64,000 nucleotides of DNA from an uncultured Gemmatimonadaceae bacterium (GCA_964642475.1 CAZXRC010000004.1:4604-68603), one strand, 5' to 3'; numbered from the stretch's first letter, positions 10,674 through 19,818 are shown. The notes: a model not told the origin generated them from the sequence alone. Numbers and translations are program-made.

Positions 10674-11684
10674 ATGTCCGACCCGATCCGGATCGGGATT
10701 ATCGGAGCCGGTGCCATCACCCAGGTCGCCCATCTTCCCGTGCTCCGGAAGCTCAAAGGCGTCCAGGTGGTCGGGATCTGCGATGCCGACCTCCCCAAGG
10801 CCCGGGCTCTGGCGGAGCGATTTCAGGTCCGAGACGCCTTCGCCGACATCGAAGAGTTGCTGGAGTTCGAAGAACTCGATGCGGTGGCCGTCTGTACCCC
10901 CAACCACCTGCATGAGCCCCACGTGGTCGCGGCGCTCTCGGCCGGGGTTCACGTCCTGGTGGAGCGCCCGCTGGCGCTCAACTTCGCCGGGGCCCAGCGA
11001 CTCCTGCGACAGGCCGAGAAACGTGACCGATTCCTGGTCGTGGGGATGAACCACCGCTACCGGGCCGACGTGCAGCTGGTGCGGAGCTTCATCCAGAGCG
11101 GTGAGCTGGGTCGACTGGAGAGTGTCCGGGGGAGCTGGCACGTCTTCCGCCCTACCCGGGCGCAGCTTGGCTGGCGGCAGCGGCGGGACGAGTCGGGCGG
11201 CGGAGCGATGCTCGACCTGGGTCACGCCATTCTCGACCTGGGCCTCTGGTTCGCCAACAACCCCAAGCCAGTACGGGTGAGCGCCAGTCTGCACGGAGGC
11301 GACTCCGCCAGAGGCGTGGAATCTTCGGGCAGCGCCTTCGTGGTCTGCGAGGGTGGCCTCTCGATCTTCCTCGACGTGACCTGGCACCATGTGGGGGAGG
11401 GGGAACGCTTCGGGCTCGGGCTGCGGGCGGCGAAGGGGACCGCCGGCATCAACCCACTGCACGTCTGGAAGGAACTGCATGGCGTTCCTACCGATGTCGC
11501 GCCGACCGGGGCGATCAGCCGGGAGAATGCCTTCACCGCCTCGTACCGGGCCGAGTGGGCCCACTTCCTCGCCGTGCTCCGGGGGGAGGCCAAACCCTTC
11601 GACAACGCCGAGCAGCTGGTCCTCCACAAGATCATCGATGCGATCTACAAGTCCGCGGCGGAAGGCAAGGACGTGGATCTGTGA
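10674..11684 (+). CDS. Gfo/Idh/MocA family oxidoreductase
   Basis: Trimmed to ATG 10674 (MSDPIRIGIIGAGAITQVAH). Rossmann GxGxxG, and the ERPLA motif (VLVERPLAL). Confidence 0.85.
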   Translation: MSDPIRIGIIGAGAITQVAHLPVLRKLKGVQVVGICDADLPKARALAERFQVRDAFADIEELLEFEELDAVAVCTPNHLHEPHVVAALSAGVHVLVERPLALNFAGAQRLLRQAEKRDRFLVVGMNHRYRADVQLVRSFIQSGELGRLESVRGSWHVFRPTRAQLGWRQRRDESGGGAMLDLGHAILDLGLWFANNPKPVRVSASLHGGDSARGVESSGSAFVVCEGGLSIFLDVTWHHVGEGERFGLGLRAAKGTAGINPLHVWKELHGVPTDVAPTGAISRENAFTASYRAEWAHFLAVLRGEAKPFDNAEQLVLHKIIDAIYKSAAEGKDVDL

Positions 11685-12976
11685 GGTGGCGGGCGGTCAG
11701 GCGGTCGGTGGGTCAGTCGCTGTGGCTGGTGCTTCTGCTCCTCCTCGTGCCGCCGAGTGTGGCGCAAACCGGGCCAATCACGCAGAAAGCCCAGACGGCT
11801 CCCGCTCCAGGTTCCGAGCTCACCATCTACGTAATGACGATGGGGGTCGGGGCCGAAGTGTGGGAGCGGTTCGGGCATAACGCCATCGTGGTCGAGGACC
11901 GCAGCCGCGGCACCGCCATCGCCTACAACTACGGGATGTTCAGCTTCCGGCAGGAGAATTTCGTCCTGCGGTTCATCCAGGGGCGCATGGACTACTGGAT
12001 GGCCGGGTACCCGGTGGCCGATGAAGTCCCCCGCTATCGAGGGATGCGCCGCTCGATCTGGCGCCAGGAGCTCAACCTCACCCCGACCGAACGGGCCGAG
12101 ATGCGCGATTTCCTGGAATGGAATGCGCGTGACGAGAACAAGTTCTACCGCTACGACTACTACCTCGACAACTGCTCCACCCGGGTGCGCGATGCCCTCG
12201 ACCGGATTCTGCATGGCGCGCTCAAGGCACAGTCCGCCGGCACCGCCTCCGGCAACTTTCGATTCCACACCCTCCGACTGGTAGCCGCCAATCCCTTCCT
12301 GTGGCTCGGTCTCGGCCTGATCGAAGGCCAGCCGGTCGACCGGCCCAACACCCGGTGGGAGGAGATGTTCCTGCCGCTCAAGCTGCGGGACTACCTCCGG
12401 GAGGTCACCGTCAAGGACTCCGCCGGCACCACCATGCCACTGGTTGTGCGCGAGGAGACGCTCTACCAGAGCACCGCGTTCCCCGTGCCCGAGGCACCGC
12501 CCAACTGGCAACTGCCGCTCCTGGGCATCGGGGCGCTGCTCGGCGCTCTCTTCTGGTGGGGAGGCACCCGAGGCAGGGCCGCGGCCCCGGCGCGGTACGC
12601 CCTCCTGGTGGGCGGGAGCTTCTGGGCCCTGCTGACGGGGGTGGCGGGGACGATCATGGTTGGGCTTTGGGCCTTCACCGACCATGCGGTCGCGGCCCGC
12701 AACGAGAACGTGCTGCAATGCTCCCTGGTGGCGCTGGTCCTCGCCGCGGCGCTGCCGTTTGCGGTGGGGGACCGCGATTGGGGAGGCCGCTGGGCCCGCG
12801 GGGCGGCGCTGTTGATCGGTGGGCTCTCGCTAGCCGGGGTGCTGCTCAAGCTGCTTCCCGGGTTCCACCAGGCGAACTGGCCGGTGCTGGCCGTGCTCGT
12901 CCCGGCGAATCTCGGGCTGGTGGCGGGGGTGCTGGCATGGACCAGGCCCAGCGAGCCCTCGCTCCGCGCGCGGTAG
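11681..12976 (+). CDS. DUF4105-type N-terminal domain membrane protein
   Basis: GTG 11681 overlaps the upstream stop (GTGA). Signal LWLVLLLLLVPPSVAQ; YVMTMGVGAEVWERFGHNAIVV; C-terminal multi-TM region. Confidence 0.7.
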   Translation: MRWRAVRRSVGQSLWLVLLLLLVPPSVAQTGPITQKAQTAPAPGSELTIYVMTMGVGAEVWERFGHNAIVVEDRSRGTAIAYNYGMFSFRQENFVLRFIQGRMDYWMAGYPVADEVPRYRGMRRSIWRQELNLTPTERAEMRDFLEWNARDENKFYRYDYYLDNCSTRVRDALDRILHGALKAQSAGTASGNFRFHTLRLVAANPFLWLGLGLIEGQPVDRPNTRWEEMFLPLKLRDYLREVTVKDSAGTTMPLVVREETLYQSTAFPVPEAPPNWQLPLLGIGALLGALFWWGGTRGRAAAPARYALLVGGSFWALLTGVAGTIMVGLWAFTDHAVAARNENVLQCSLVALVLAAALPFAVGDRDWGGRWARGAALLIGGLSLAGVLLKLLPGFHQANWPVLAVLVPANLGLVAGVLAWTRPSEPSLRAR

Positions 12977-13004
12977 CGGGGGACCGCCGCTCGCCGCTCC
13001 CGCC

Positions 13005-14972
13005 CTACGGCCGATTCACCGCGATGCTGGCGCGCCGCCTCTCCTGGCGCTCCTCCCAGACCCGCGCCTCGATGAACACCCGGAACAGGTCGCCGTCGAG
13101 CTGACCCCGTTCCACCTCGTCCACCATGATGTCGAGCGCCCGTTCCGCCGGGAGCGCCCGCTTATAGGGGCGGTCCTGGGCGGTGAGGGCGTCGAAAATA
13201 TCGGCGATGGTCATCATCCGGGTCTGCAGCGGAATCTCCTCCGCCTTCACGTGCCGGGGATAGCCGGTGCCATCCAGCTTCTCATGGTGCCCCAGAGCGA
13301 TCTCCGGCACCCGGGCCAGCCCCCGGGTCCAGGGAATCCGCTCCAGGAAGGCGAAGGTGTGGTTGACGTGGCTCTCGATTTCGAGCCGTTCCCGCTCGTC
13401 CAGGCTGCCTTTGCGGATCGAGAGGTGTTTCTGCTCCCGGGCCGTGAGGAACGGCTGGGGTGCGCCGTCGATGTCGATGTACTGCCGCCCGGCGAACTCG
13501 CCCAGCTGGGCGAAATCGCCCTCCGCCAGCACGGTGGGCTCATTGGAGGCGAGGACCACCTTGAGAAAGCGGTCGGCCGTCTCGAGTGACTCCCGCTGGC
13601 GCTCGGACAGTTCCTTGAGGAATCGCTCGTAGCCCTCCCGGCCATGGGCCAGGAGGTAGTCGGCCCGGGCCCGTTCGAATTCCCACTCCGCGCTCCGGCG
13701 GACGAACGCATGACGCTGCCGGATGAGCGCGAGTTCCCCCTCGTACAGCTTTTTCGCCTTGACCAGCACCTGTTCCCGCACCCCGACCTTGCCGAAATCG
13801 TGGAGCAGCCCGGCGTAGCGGAGCTCCCGGACCTGCTCGGGACTGAAGCGGATCAGCTTGAACGGGCCCTCCTGGGCCCGGTCGAGCGCCTCGGCCAGGG
13901 CGACGGTCCGGAGCGCGACTCGCTCGGAATGCCCCGAGGTGGTCGGATCGCGCTGTTCGATGGCGTGGACCGCCGCCCGTACGAACCCCTCGAAGAGCCG
14001 CTCGATCGCTTCGTACAGCTGGCTGTTCTCGATCGAGACCGCCGCCTGGGAGGCCAGTGCGTTCACGATCTTCACCGTGTGGGCGCTGAAGGGCACGATC
14101 TGGCCTTCGGCGTCCTTCTCGCCCAGCCGGATCTCGGGGTCGCGCTTGCGGTTGATGAGCTGCAGCACGCCGATGACTTCCCCGTGGTGATTCTGCATCG
14201 GAATCACCAGCATGCTCTTGGTCCGGTACCCGTACCGCTCGTCAAACGACCGATTGAAGGAGTACTCCACCTCGGGCGGCAGGGTGTATACGTCCTCGAT
14301 GACCAGGGGGGAGCCCTCGGTGGCGACGTAGCCGGCCAGAGACGAGTGGTCGATGGGGACGCTGAATTCGACGAACGGGATGTCGGGGCGACTGTGGTTC
14401 TGGCTCAGCTTGACGCAGAGCCGCCGCTCGCCGCCGGGACTGGCCTCGGCGATGTAGAGGCTCCCGGCATCCGACTGGGTCACCCGGCGGGCCTGGGTGA
14501 GTATCAGGTCGAGCAGGGTCTCGAGGTTCTTCTCGGTTGTGAGCTGCACGCCGATATCGGCCAGCTCGGAGAGTTCGCTGAGCCGGGCGGCGCTCTCGTG
14601 CCGGGCCTGTCGGTGTTCCAGCGCGGAGGCCGACACCTGGAACGCCGCGCGTAGGGCCACCAGCAGCTGGCGCGGGCCGGCGGTGGAGGGGAGGAAGACG
14701 CTGAGCAGGTCGGCCGGCAGCTCCGCCGGGACATCCAGTTCGCCGGGGAGCCCCAGCGCCAGGATCGCCACCCCAGCGTCTTTGAGCCGGCCCAGGGTCG
14801 CGCGGCTCGCCCGGGTCCGGGCGGCGCCGTCGAGGAGGTAGGCGGAGGGACGGTGGTCGGGGCGGATCCGATCGGGGTGGTCCACCGCTTCGAGCTTCAC
14901 CTGCTCGGTCGCCAGCGCTTCGGCGACCGCCCCCGGATTCCACCCCGGCGCGTGATAGAGCAGGTACGTCAC
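13005..14972 (-). CDS. pseudo-receiver / GAF / HD-GYP domain protein (putative c-di-GMP phosphodiesterase)
   Basis: GTG 14972 overlaps the MlaD-like stop. REC-like N-terminus lacks the acidic pair and Lys. GAF region (SDAGSLYIAE...VIPMQNHHGEVIGVLQLINR). HD-GYP core (LLHDFGK ... HHEKLDGTGYP). The 1002-aa track ORF is a read-through artefact. Confidence 0.85.
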   Translation of the reverse strand: MTYLLYHAPGWNPGAVAEALATEQVKLEAVDHPDRIRPDHRPSAYLLDGAARTRASRATLGRLKDAGVAILALGLPGELDVPAELPADLLSVFLPSTAGPRQLLVALRAAFQVSASALEHRQARHESAARLSELSELADIGVQLTTEKNLETLLDLILTQARRVTQSDAGSLYIAEASPGGERRLCVKLSQNHSRPDIPFVEFSVPIDHSSLAGYVATEGSPLVIEDVYTLPPEVEYSFNRSFDERYGYRTKSMLVIPMQNHHGEVIGVLQLINRKRDPEIRLGEKDAEGQIVPFSAHTVKIVNALASQAAVSIENSQLYEAIERLFEGFVRAAVHAIEQRDPTTSGHSERVALRTVALAEALDRAQEGPFKLIRFSPEQVRELRYAGLLHDFGKVGVREQVLVKAKKLYEGELALIRQRHAFVRRSAEWEFERARADYLLAHGREGYERFLKELSERQRESLETADRFLKVVLASNEPTVLAEGDFAQLGEFAGRQYIDIDGAPQPFLTAREQKHLSIRKGSLDERERLEIESHVNHTFAFLERIPWTRGLARVPEIALGHHEKLDGTGYPRHVKAEEIPLQTRMMTIADIFDALTAQDRPYKRALPAERALDIMVDEVERGQLDGDLFRVFIEARVWEERQERRRASIAVNRP

Positions 14973-15907
14973 GGGACCGGTTGCTCCAGCACCGAGTCGC
15001 GGGAGATCTGGCGGACGCCGGTGAGCAGCCGGTGGGGTCGGCGGCTCACCTGATCGATGAAGTACTCGAACTTGGCGCTCACCACTCGCATCGTCTTGAG
15101 GGTTTGACGCACATCGGGCCCGACATCGGTGGTCAGCTGGTCGATGTTCCGGGTCAGGGTGTCGGCGTGGTTGATGAGCTGACGGGTGTCGGCCATCAGT
15201 ACCGTGAGCGAGTCGTGGATGGCCGCGAATCCGGTGTCGGCGTTGGCCAGGGTGGTTGTGGCGCGCGCCAGGAGCGGTTCCAGCCGGTCGAGGGCGGCCC
15301 GGGCACTGGCCAGGGTCTGGCGCACCTCCGGGGCGGTGCGCTGCACCTCCCGTTCGGCGGCTTCTGCGGTCCGGTTGAGAGTGCCGAGGAGGCTCCGGGT
15401 GTCGCGGAGGATGCCGGAGACCTGAGTCCGGAGGGTGTCGGCGACCTCCTTGACGACGTCGGTCCACCCCTGGGTCAGGGTGCCCCGGATGGTGTCGCCG
15501 GGCTGCAGCGCCGCCTGGATCTGATTGGGGGGTACCAGGAGCGAAATCGAGGCGCTCCCGATAAGCCCGGTCGAGATGATCTCCGCCCGGGTTCCGAGCG
15601 GCAGCCGGATGGGGAGGCCGTTGGCATAGCGCTCCCGGAGCCGGAGCCCCACCACGAAGAGCGGCGGGCCCATCCGCCCGCCGGTATCGGGCAGGGGAGA
15701 GATGTCCTTCACCTCGCCGATCGCCAGGCCCTGCAGGAGGACCGGCGTCTCCTGCTTGATGTCGGCGACGGTGGGGGTCACCATGTTGATGATGATTCGG
15801 CGCTCGGTCCAGCCGCGGGTGACCACCAGCGCGGCGAGGACTACGCCGATCGCCCCGAGGACCAGGGCGCCGACCAGGGCATCGGCGGTGCGGGGGCGGA
15901 GGCTCAT
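14969..15907 (-). CDS. MlaD/MCE family protein with long helical C-terminus
   Basis: N-terminal TM (LVGALVLGAIGVVLAALVV). MCE domain (VLLQGLAIGEVKDI). ATGA overlap with the upstream gene. Confidence 0.85.
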   Translation of the reverse strand: MSLRPRTADALVGALVLGAIGVVLAALVVTRGWTERRIIINMVTPTVADIKQETPVLLQGLAIGEVKDISPLPDTGGRMGPPLFVVGLRLRERYANGLPIRLPLGTRAEIISTGLIGSASISLLVPPNQIQAALQPGDTIRGTLTQGWTDVVKEVADTLRTQVSGILRDTRSLLGTLNRTAEAAEREVQRTAPEVRQTLASARAALDRLEPLLARATTTLANADTGFAAIHDSLTVLMADTRQLINHADTLTRNIDQLTTDVGPDVRQTLKTMRVVSAKFEYFIDQVSRRPHRLLTGVRQISRDSVLEQPVP

Positions 15908-16617
15908 GCCGGCTGCTCCACCTGGCCGCGGCGGACCCGGATCTGGCGGTCCACCCGTCGGCGGAGCAGCGCCGGCAGATCCTGCCCGGTGATGAACACG
16001 GTCCGCCGGCCACCCTCCGCCACCTCGCCGCCGCGCGCCAGCTCCAGCAGCTCGGCCGCCGCCTTCTCGGTGAGGCCGTCGAACGGCTCCTCGAGGATCA
16101 CCAGGTCGGGGTCGAACGCCAGGGCGCGTCCCAGGGCGGCGCGCCGCCGTTCCTCGGCGTTGGCCTGCGCCGGGCGGCGGTCGGCCACGCCGGTCAGCCG
16201 CAGCTGGGCCACGATCACGTCCACACGTCCCTCGATGTCCCTGGGGCGGAAGTTGCTTCCGAAACGAAGCGGGAGCCGGATGTTGTCGCGCAGGGAGAGA
16301 TTCTGCAACAGGCCGTCGCCGGCGGGAAGGTATCCGACCCTCCGGCGGAAGGCGAGTTGCCCCAACCGGTCGAGCGCGGCGACCTCGGTTCCCAACACCA
16401 GGACCCGGCCCTCGGGCACCCGATCGAGGCCCAGGGCGAGCCCGCCGAGGAGGTCGACGCCGCTGGTCTCGTCCCCGGTGGCGGCCACCGTCTGATGGGC
16501 CTGTACCTCGAGCGTGAGGAGACCCTCCCCGTCCACCGGCTGATGAGCCGGACCGCCGATGCTCGAACGTCGGATCCGGCGGAGCGCCACCCGCTCGAAG
16601 CTCAGCAGCGAGGTCAC
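15904..16617 (-). CDS. ABC ATPase-fold protein (MlaF-like) with degenerate catalytic motifs
   Basis: The ABC scaffold is recognisable (NLSLRDNIRLPL, RRRAALGRALAFDPDLVILEEPFDGL). Walker A reads TGDETSGVD (no Lys/Ser). The LSGGQ position reads ANAEE. Walker B Asp is replaced by Glu. The H-loop region reads FITGQD. Confidence 0.8.
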   Translation of the reverse strand: MTSLLSFERVALRRIRRSSIGGPAHQPVDGEGLLTLEVQAHQTVAATGDETSGVDLLGGLALGLDRVPEGRVLVLGTEVAALDRLGQLAFRRRVGYLPAGDGLLQNLSLRDNIRLPLRFGSNFRPRDIEGRVDVIVAQLRLTGVADRRPAQANAEERRRAALGRALAFDPDLVILEEPFDGLTEKAAAELLELARGGEVAEGGRRTVFITGQDLPALLRRRVDRQIRVRRGQVEQPA

Positions 16618-17399
16618 TGGGTCACCCCCACGATCAGCGCGGCGATCACGAAGATCAGGGCGATCGATCCGACCGTCCCGCGGATCACCGCCTGGGGGAT
16701 CTCGGTGGGGCCATGGCGGACCGAGAGGCCCTGGTAGCTGGGGATGATCCCGATGACGAGGCCGAAGAGGAGACCCTTCACCACGGTCAGGACCACGTCC
16801 TGGGTCGTGAGGTTCTGCAGGACGATGCCGAGGTAGCGGGCCCCGCTCATGCCGCCGTAGGCCACGGCGGCCAGATACCCGCCGACGATGGCGATCACGT
16901 CGAAGAGTATCATGAGGGTACCGACCGACAGGACACAGCCGAAGAGCCGGGGGAGGACCAGGTAGTGGTAGGGATCGATCCCCAGGCCCTCCAGGGCCCG
17001 GACTTCGCCCATGACCATGTTGGTGGCCAGCTCGGCGGTGATGGCGGTGCCGCTCCGGCTCACCACGGCGAGCGCGGTCAGCAGCGGCCCCAGCTCGCGC
17101 ACGATCACCACCACCATCAGCTCCCCGATGAACTCTGAGGCCCCGACCCGCGAGAGCTGGGTGAGGGTCGCGGAGATGGTCAGATAGCTGAGGACCCCGG
17201 AGAGCAGGACGATGAGGCCCACCGCCTGCAGGGCGGTGAAGCGGAGCTGGTTGAGGAGCACCCGGGCCGCGACCCGGCGCCCGGCGCCCGGGAGGGTGGG
17301 GATGGAGGCGACGGCCTCAAAGGCGAAGCGCGCCTGCGCGCCCACCAGGGCGAGCCAGCGCGCTGTCCCACGACCGATCGCGGTGAGGAGCCCGAGCAC
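16614..17399 (-). CDS. MlaE family ABC transporter permease
   Basis: 261 aa, multi-TM. Conserved stretch EFIGELMVVVIVRELGPLLTALAVVSRSGTAITAELATN is typical of MlaE/YrbE permeases. Confidence 0.85.
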   Translation of the reverse strand: MLGLLTAIGRGTARWLALVGAQARFAFEAVASIPTLPGAGRRVAARVLLNQLRFTALQAVGLIVLLSGVLSYLTISATLTQLSRVGASEFIGELMVVVIVRELGPLLTALAVVSRSGTAITAELATNMVMGEVRALEGLGIDPYHYLVLPRLFGCVLSVGTLMILFDVIAIVGGYLAAVAYGGMSGARYLGIVLQNLTTQDVVLTVVKGLLFGLVIGIIPSYQGLSVRHGPTEIPQAVIRGTVGSIALIFVIAALIVGVTQ

Positions 17400-17403
17400 G
17401 GAC

Positions 17404-18123
17404 TCAGGCTGGGTTGATCTTCTTCAGTCCCTCGCGGGCCTCGGTGTAATCCGGGAAGACCTTGAGCGCCCGACTGAAGTAGTCCGCGGCCTTGGCCTTG
17501 TCGCCCTGGTCCTGGTAGAGGAGGGCCCGGCTGTAGTACGAGAGCGCTTCGGTCGGGACGTTCCGGGCCTTGATCGCCCGGGCCTGCTCCTCGGTGAGGG
17601 GCGGCAGCTTGGTCTCCTTCATGAGGTTCTCGGCCACGGTCTGCATCAGCCGGGAAATGTCTTCCCGCTTCTCCAGCTTGGGATCGCCCCGCACCACCTT
17701 GAGGATCTCGCCGGTCTCGACCGAGACGAGGCGGGCATGAACCCGAAAGGTGCCATAGAGGTCGGTGAAGCCGCCGAGGACCATGTAGCGGGCGCCGACC
17801 AGCTTGCCGACCTTCGCCGCGGTCGCCGCATCCACGGCGCCGTCCTTGCCGAGCTTCTGCTCGTCGAGGATCTGCTGGATGGCCTCGCGGTCGACCAGGC
17901 GGGCGCCGGGGTTCTGGCCCAGCTCGTAAATGAGCATGCCGGCGAGCCCCTTCTCGAGCGCCTGGAAGTCCTCCTTGTCCCGGCCGTAGGAGCCGCCGTT
18001 GGTGAAGGGCATGACGGCAATGCCCGGCCGCGAGTCCTGGGCCCGGAGGGCGGGCGACAGAGACGCGAGGGCCACCACAGTCAGGGCACACAACACGCTA
18101 CGGCGTCGCATAGTCCACCTCAT
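17404..18123 (-). CDS. secreted CsgG/LpoB/FlgO-like domain protein with C-terminal TPR
   Basis: Signal peptide, then IAVMPFTNGG...LVDREAIQQILDEQKL...ARYMVLGGFTD, then TPR-like YYSRALLYQDQGDKAKAADYFSRALKVFPDYTEA. Family assignment is by pattern only. Confidence 0.6.
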   Translation of the reverse strand: MRWTMRRRSVLCALTVVALASLSPALRAQDSRPGIAVMPFTNGGSYGRDKEDFQALEKGLAGMLIYELGQNPGARLVDREAIQQILDEQKLGKDGAVDAATAAKVGKLVGARYMVLGGFTDLYGTFRVHARLVSVETGEILKVVRGDPKLEKREDISRLMQTVAENLMKETKLPPLTEEQARAIKARNVPTEALSYYSRALLYQDQGDKAKAADYFSRALKVFPDYTEAREGLKKINPA

Positions 18124-19037
18124 CAGAGAGTCAGCGCCATGCCTTCCATCGCGGCGTCCACCGCGAGCTCTGGCGCGCGCACGGCGGCGTTGCGTCGGGC
18201 GCCCGCGAGGAGCGCGTCGATCGCCGCGTCGTCGTGTTCCGGCTCATGGTGGAACAGCACCAGGCGCCGGCATCCCGCATCCCGGGCCAGGTCGATCGCC
18301 TGGTCGGGCGTGGAGTGTCCCCACCCGGACCGGCTCTCGATCATCGCCTCGGAGTACATCCCGTCATGTATTAACGTGTCCACCCCACTCAGGAATCTCA
18401 CCAGCGTGTGCCGCCAGTCGGGTGCCACGTCGTAGGTCCCCCCCTCACCCAGCTCGTTATCGGTCAGGTAGGCGAAGGTCCTCCCGCCCGAGACCGGGAC
18501 CAGCTTGTAGCCCAGCGTGGTTCCCGGGTGCCGCAGCCGGAACGCCTCGACCCGGAACCCATCGATTTCGAACGACCCCGAGCCCACCTCGGTGATGGTC
18601 AGGTCCGCGGCCAGCGCTTTGAGCGGCACCGGGAAGACCACCGGGTCCATCTGCCGATCGAGGATCCGCTCCAGGGACACCCCCGCCTGGGGAGCACCGT
18701 AGATCCGGACCGCGTTTCCCCGCGTGTTAAGCGGCTGGAAAAAGGGCAGGCCCTGGATGTGGTCCCAGTGGGTATGCGAGAGCAGGATATCGAGCTGCAT
18801 CGGGCCCTCGGTGGCCTTCGACAGCGCCCGTCCCAGCGGCCGGATGCCACTCCCGGCATCCAGGATGACCAGCTGGCCCGGCTGCCCCGAAACCGCCACA
18901 CAGGAGGTATTTCCGCCATAGCGCGCGGTATGTGCCCCAGGTGTCGGGATCGACCCTCTCGTTCCCCAGAACGTGACCGTGTAGCCCAACGGCTCCTCGG
19001 TGTAACTGTGTCTCTCAGTGTGCAAGGACCCTGCCAT
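18123..19037 (-). CDS. MBL-fold metallo-hydrolase (possible phosphodiesterase)
   Basis: HTHWDH metal-binding motif, LTDNE, GWGHST, FHHEP. The stop overlaps the downstream start by 1 nt (TGATG). Confidence 0.85.
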   Translation of the reverse strand: MAGSLHTERHSYTEEPLGYTVTFWGTRGSIPTPGAHTARYGGNTSCVAVSGQPGQLVILDAGSGIRPLGRALSKATEGPMQLDILLSHTHWDHIQGLPFFQPLNTRGNAVRIYGAPQAGVSLERILDRQMDPVVFPVPLKALAADLTITEVGSGSFEIDGFRVEAFRLRHPGTTLGYKLVPVSGGRTFAYLTDNELGEGGTYDVAPDWRHTLVRFLSGVDTLIHDGMYSEAMIESRSGWGHSTPDQAIDLARDAGCRRLVLFHHEPEHDDAAIDALLAGARRNAAVRAPELAVDAAMEGMALTL

Positions 19038-19078
19038 GGAGCACGCGGATGGGCGTCACGGCGGGGATGTGGGCATGG

Positions 19079-19756
19079 TCACGAACGGCCGGCGGCGCGC
19101 TCCAGCAGCGGGCGATTGGCGATCGAAATCTCCCGGCGGGTCACCTTGATCAGGCCGCGCTCGACAAAGTCTCGCATCGTGCGGGAAACGGTCTCCCGGC
19201 TGGAGCCGATCATCTGGGCGATGACGTGGTGGGTGATCTTCTTGGTGATCTCCTGGCCCCCCTCCTCGTCCGCCAGGCGGAGCAGCAGGTCGGCCACCCG
19301 ACCGTTGACGTCGAGGAGGACCAGGCTGCCGATCTTCTCGTCGGCGCGCCGCAGGCGGCGAGACAGCTCGCGCAGGAGCGCGATGGCGACCTCGGGGGAG
19401 TTCCTGAGTCGGGCCTGGAAGTCCTCGCGCCGAAGCACCAGTACCGCGGCATCGGTCATTGCGATCACGGTGGCGGAGCGGGGCTGATCGTCGATCAGGC
19501 TCATCTCGCCGAAGAAACTCCCTTCCGCGAGCACCGAGAGAATGACTTCCCGGCCGTCTTCGCCGATGAGGACCACTTTCACCTGTCCGGACGCGACCAG
19601 GTAGAGGGCGTCTCCCGGATCGTCCTCAAAGACGATCACACTCCCTTTGGGATAGCTTCGCTCCCGCACCAGCTCGGCAAAGGCAGTGATGTCACCTTCC
19701 CGCATGGTGGCGAACAGGGGAACCTTCTTCAGGACCTCAAGCGGGGTCAGGGACAC
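19079..19756 (-). CDS. Crp/Fnr family transcriptional regulator (cNMP-binding + HTH)
   Basis: cNMP-binding fold (FGEMSLIDDQPRSATV). C-terminal HTH (TVSRTMRDFVERGLI). GTG start at 19756. Confidence 0.9.
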   Translation of the reverse strand: MSLTPLEVLKKVPLFATMREGDITAFAELVRERSYPKGSVIVFEDDPGDALYLVASGQVKVVLIGEDGREVILSVLAEGSFFGEMSLIDDQPRSATVIAMTDAAVLVLRREDFQARLRNSPEVAIALLRELSRRLRRADEKIGSLVLLDVNGRVADLLLRLADEEGGQEITKKITHHVIAQMIGSSRETVSRTMRDFVERGLIKVTRREISIANRPLLERAAGRS

Positions 19757-19788
19757 AGGCCCTCGATGTGGTGGAAGTGACGGTAGAG

Positions 19789-19818
19789 ACTATACTTAGA
19801 CTGCCGGCTCGTTGTCAA
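19789..19818 (-). promoter_or_regulatory. near-consensus sigma-70 promoter TTGACA-N18-TATAGT upstream of the crp-like gene
   Basis: Minus strand reads TTGACAacgagccggcagtctaagTATAGT. The -10 lies about 33 nt upstream of the GTG start. Confidence 0.55.

Noticed and set aside
13005-16013. 1002-aa ORF treated as a single protein
   Set aside because: The N-terminal ~350 aa are an out-of-frame overlap of the MlaD-like gene. The real HD-GYP protein starts at GTG 14972, overlapping the MlaD-like stop.
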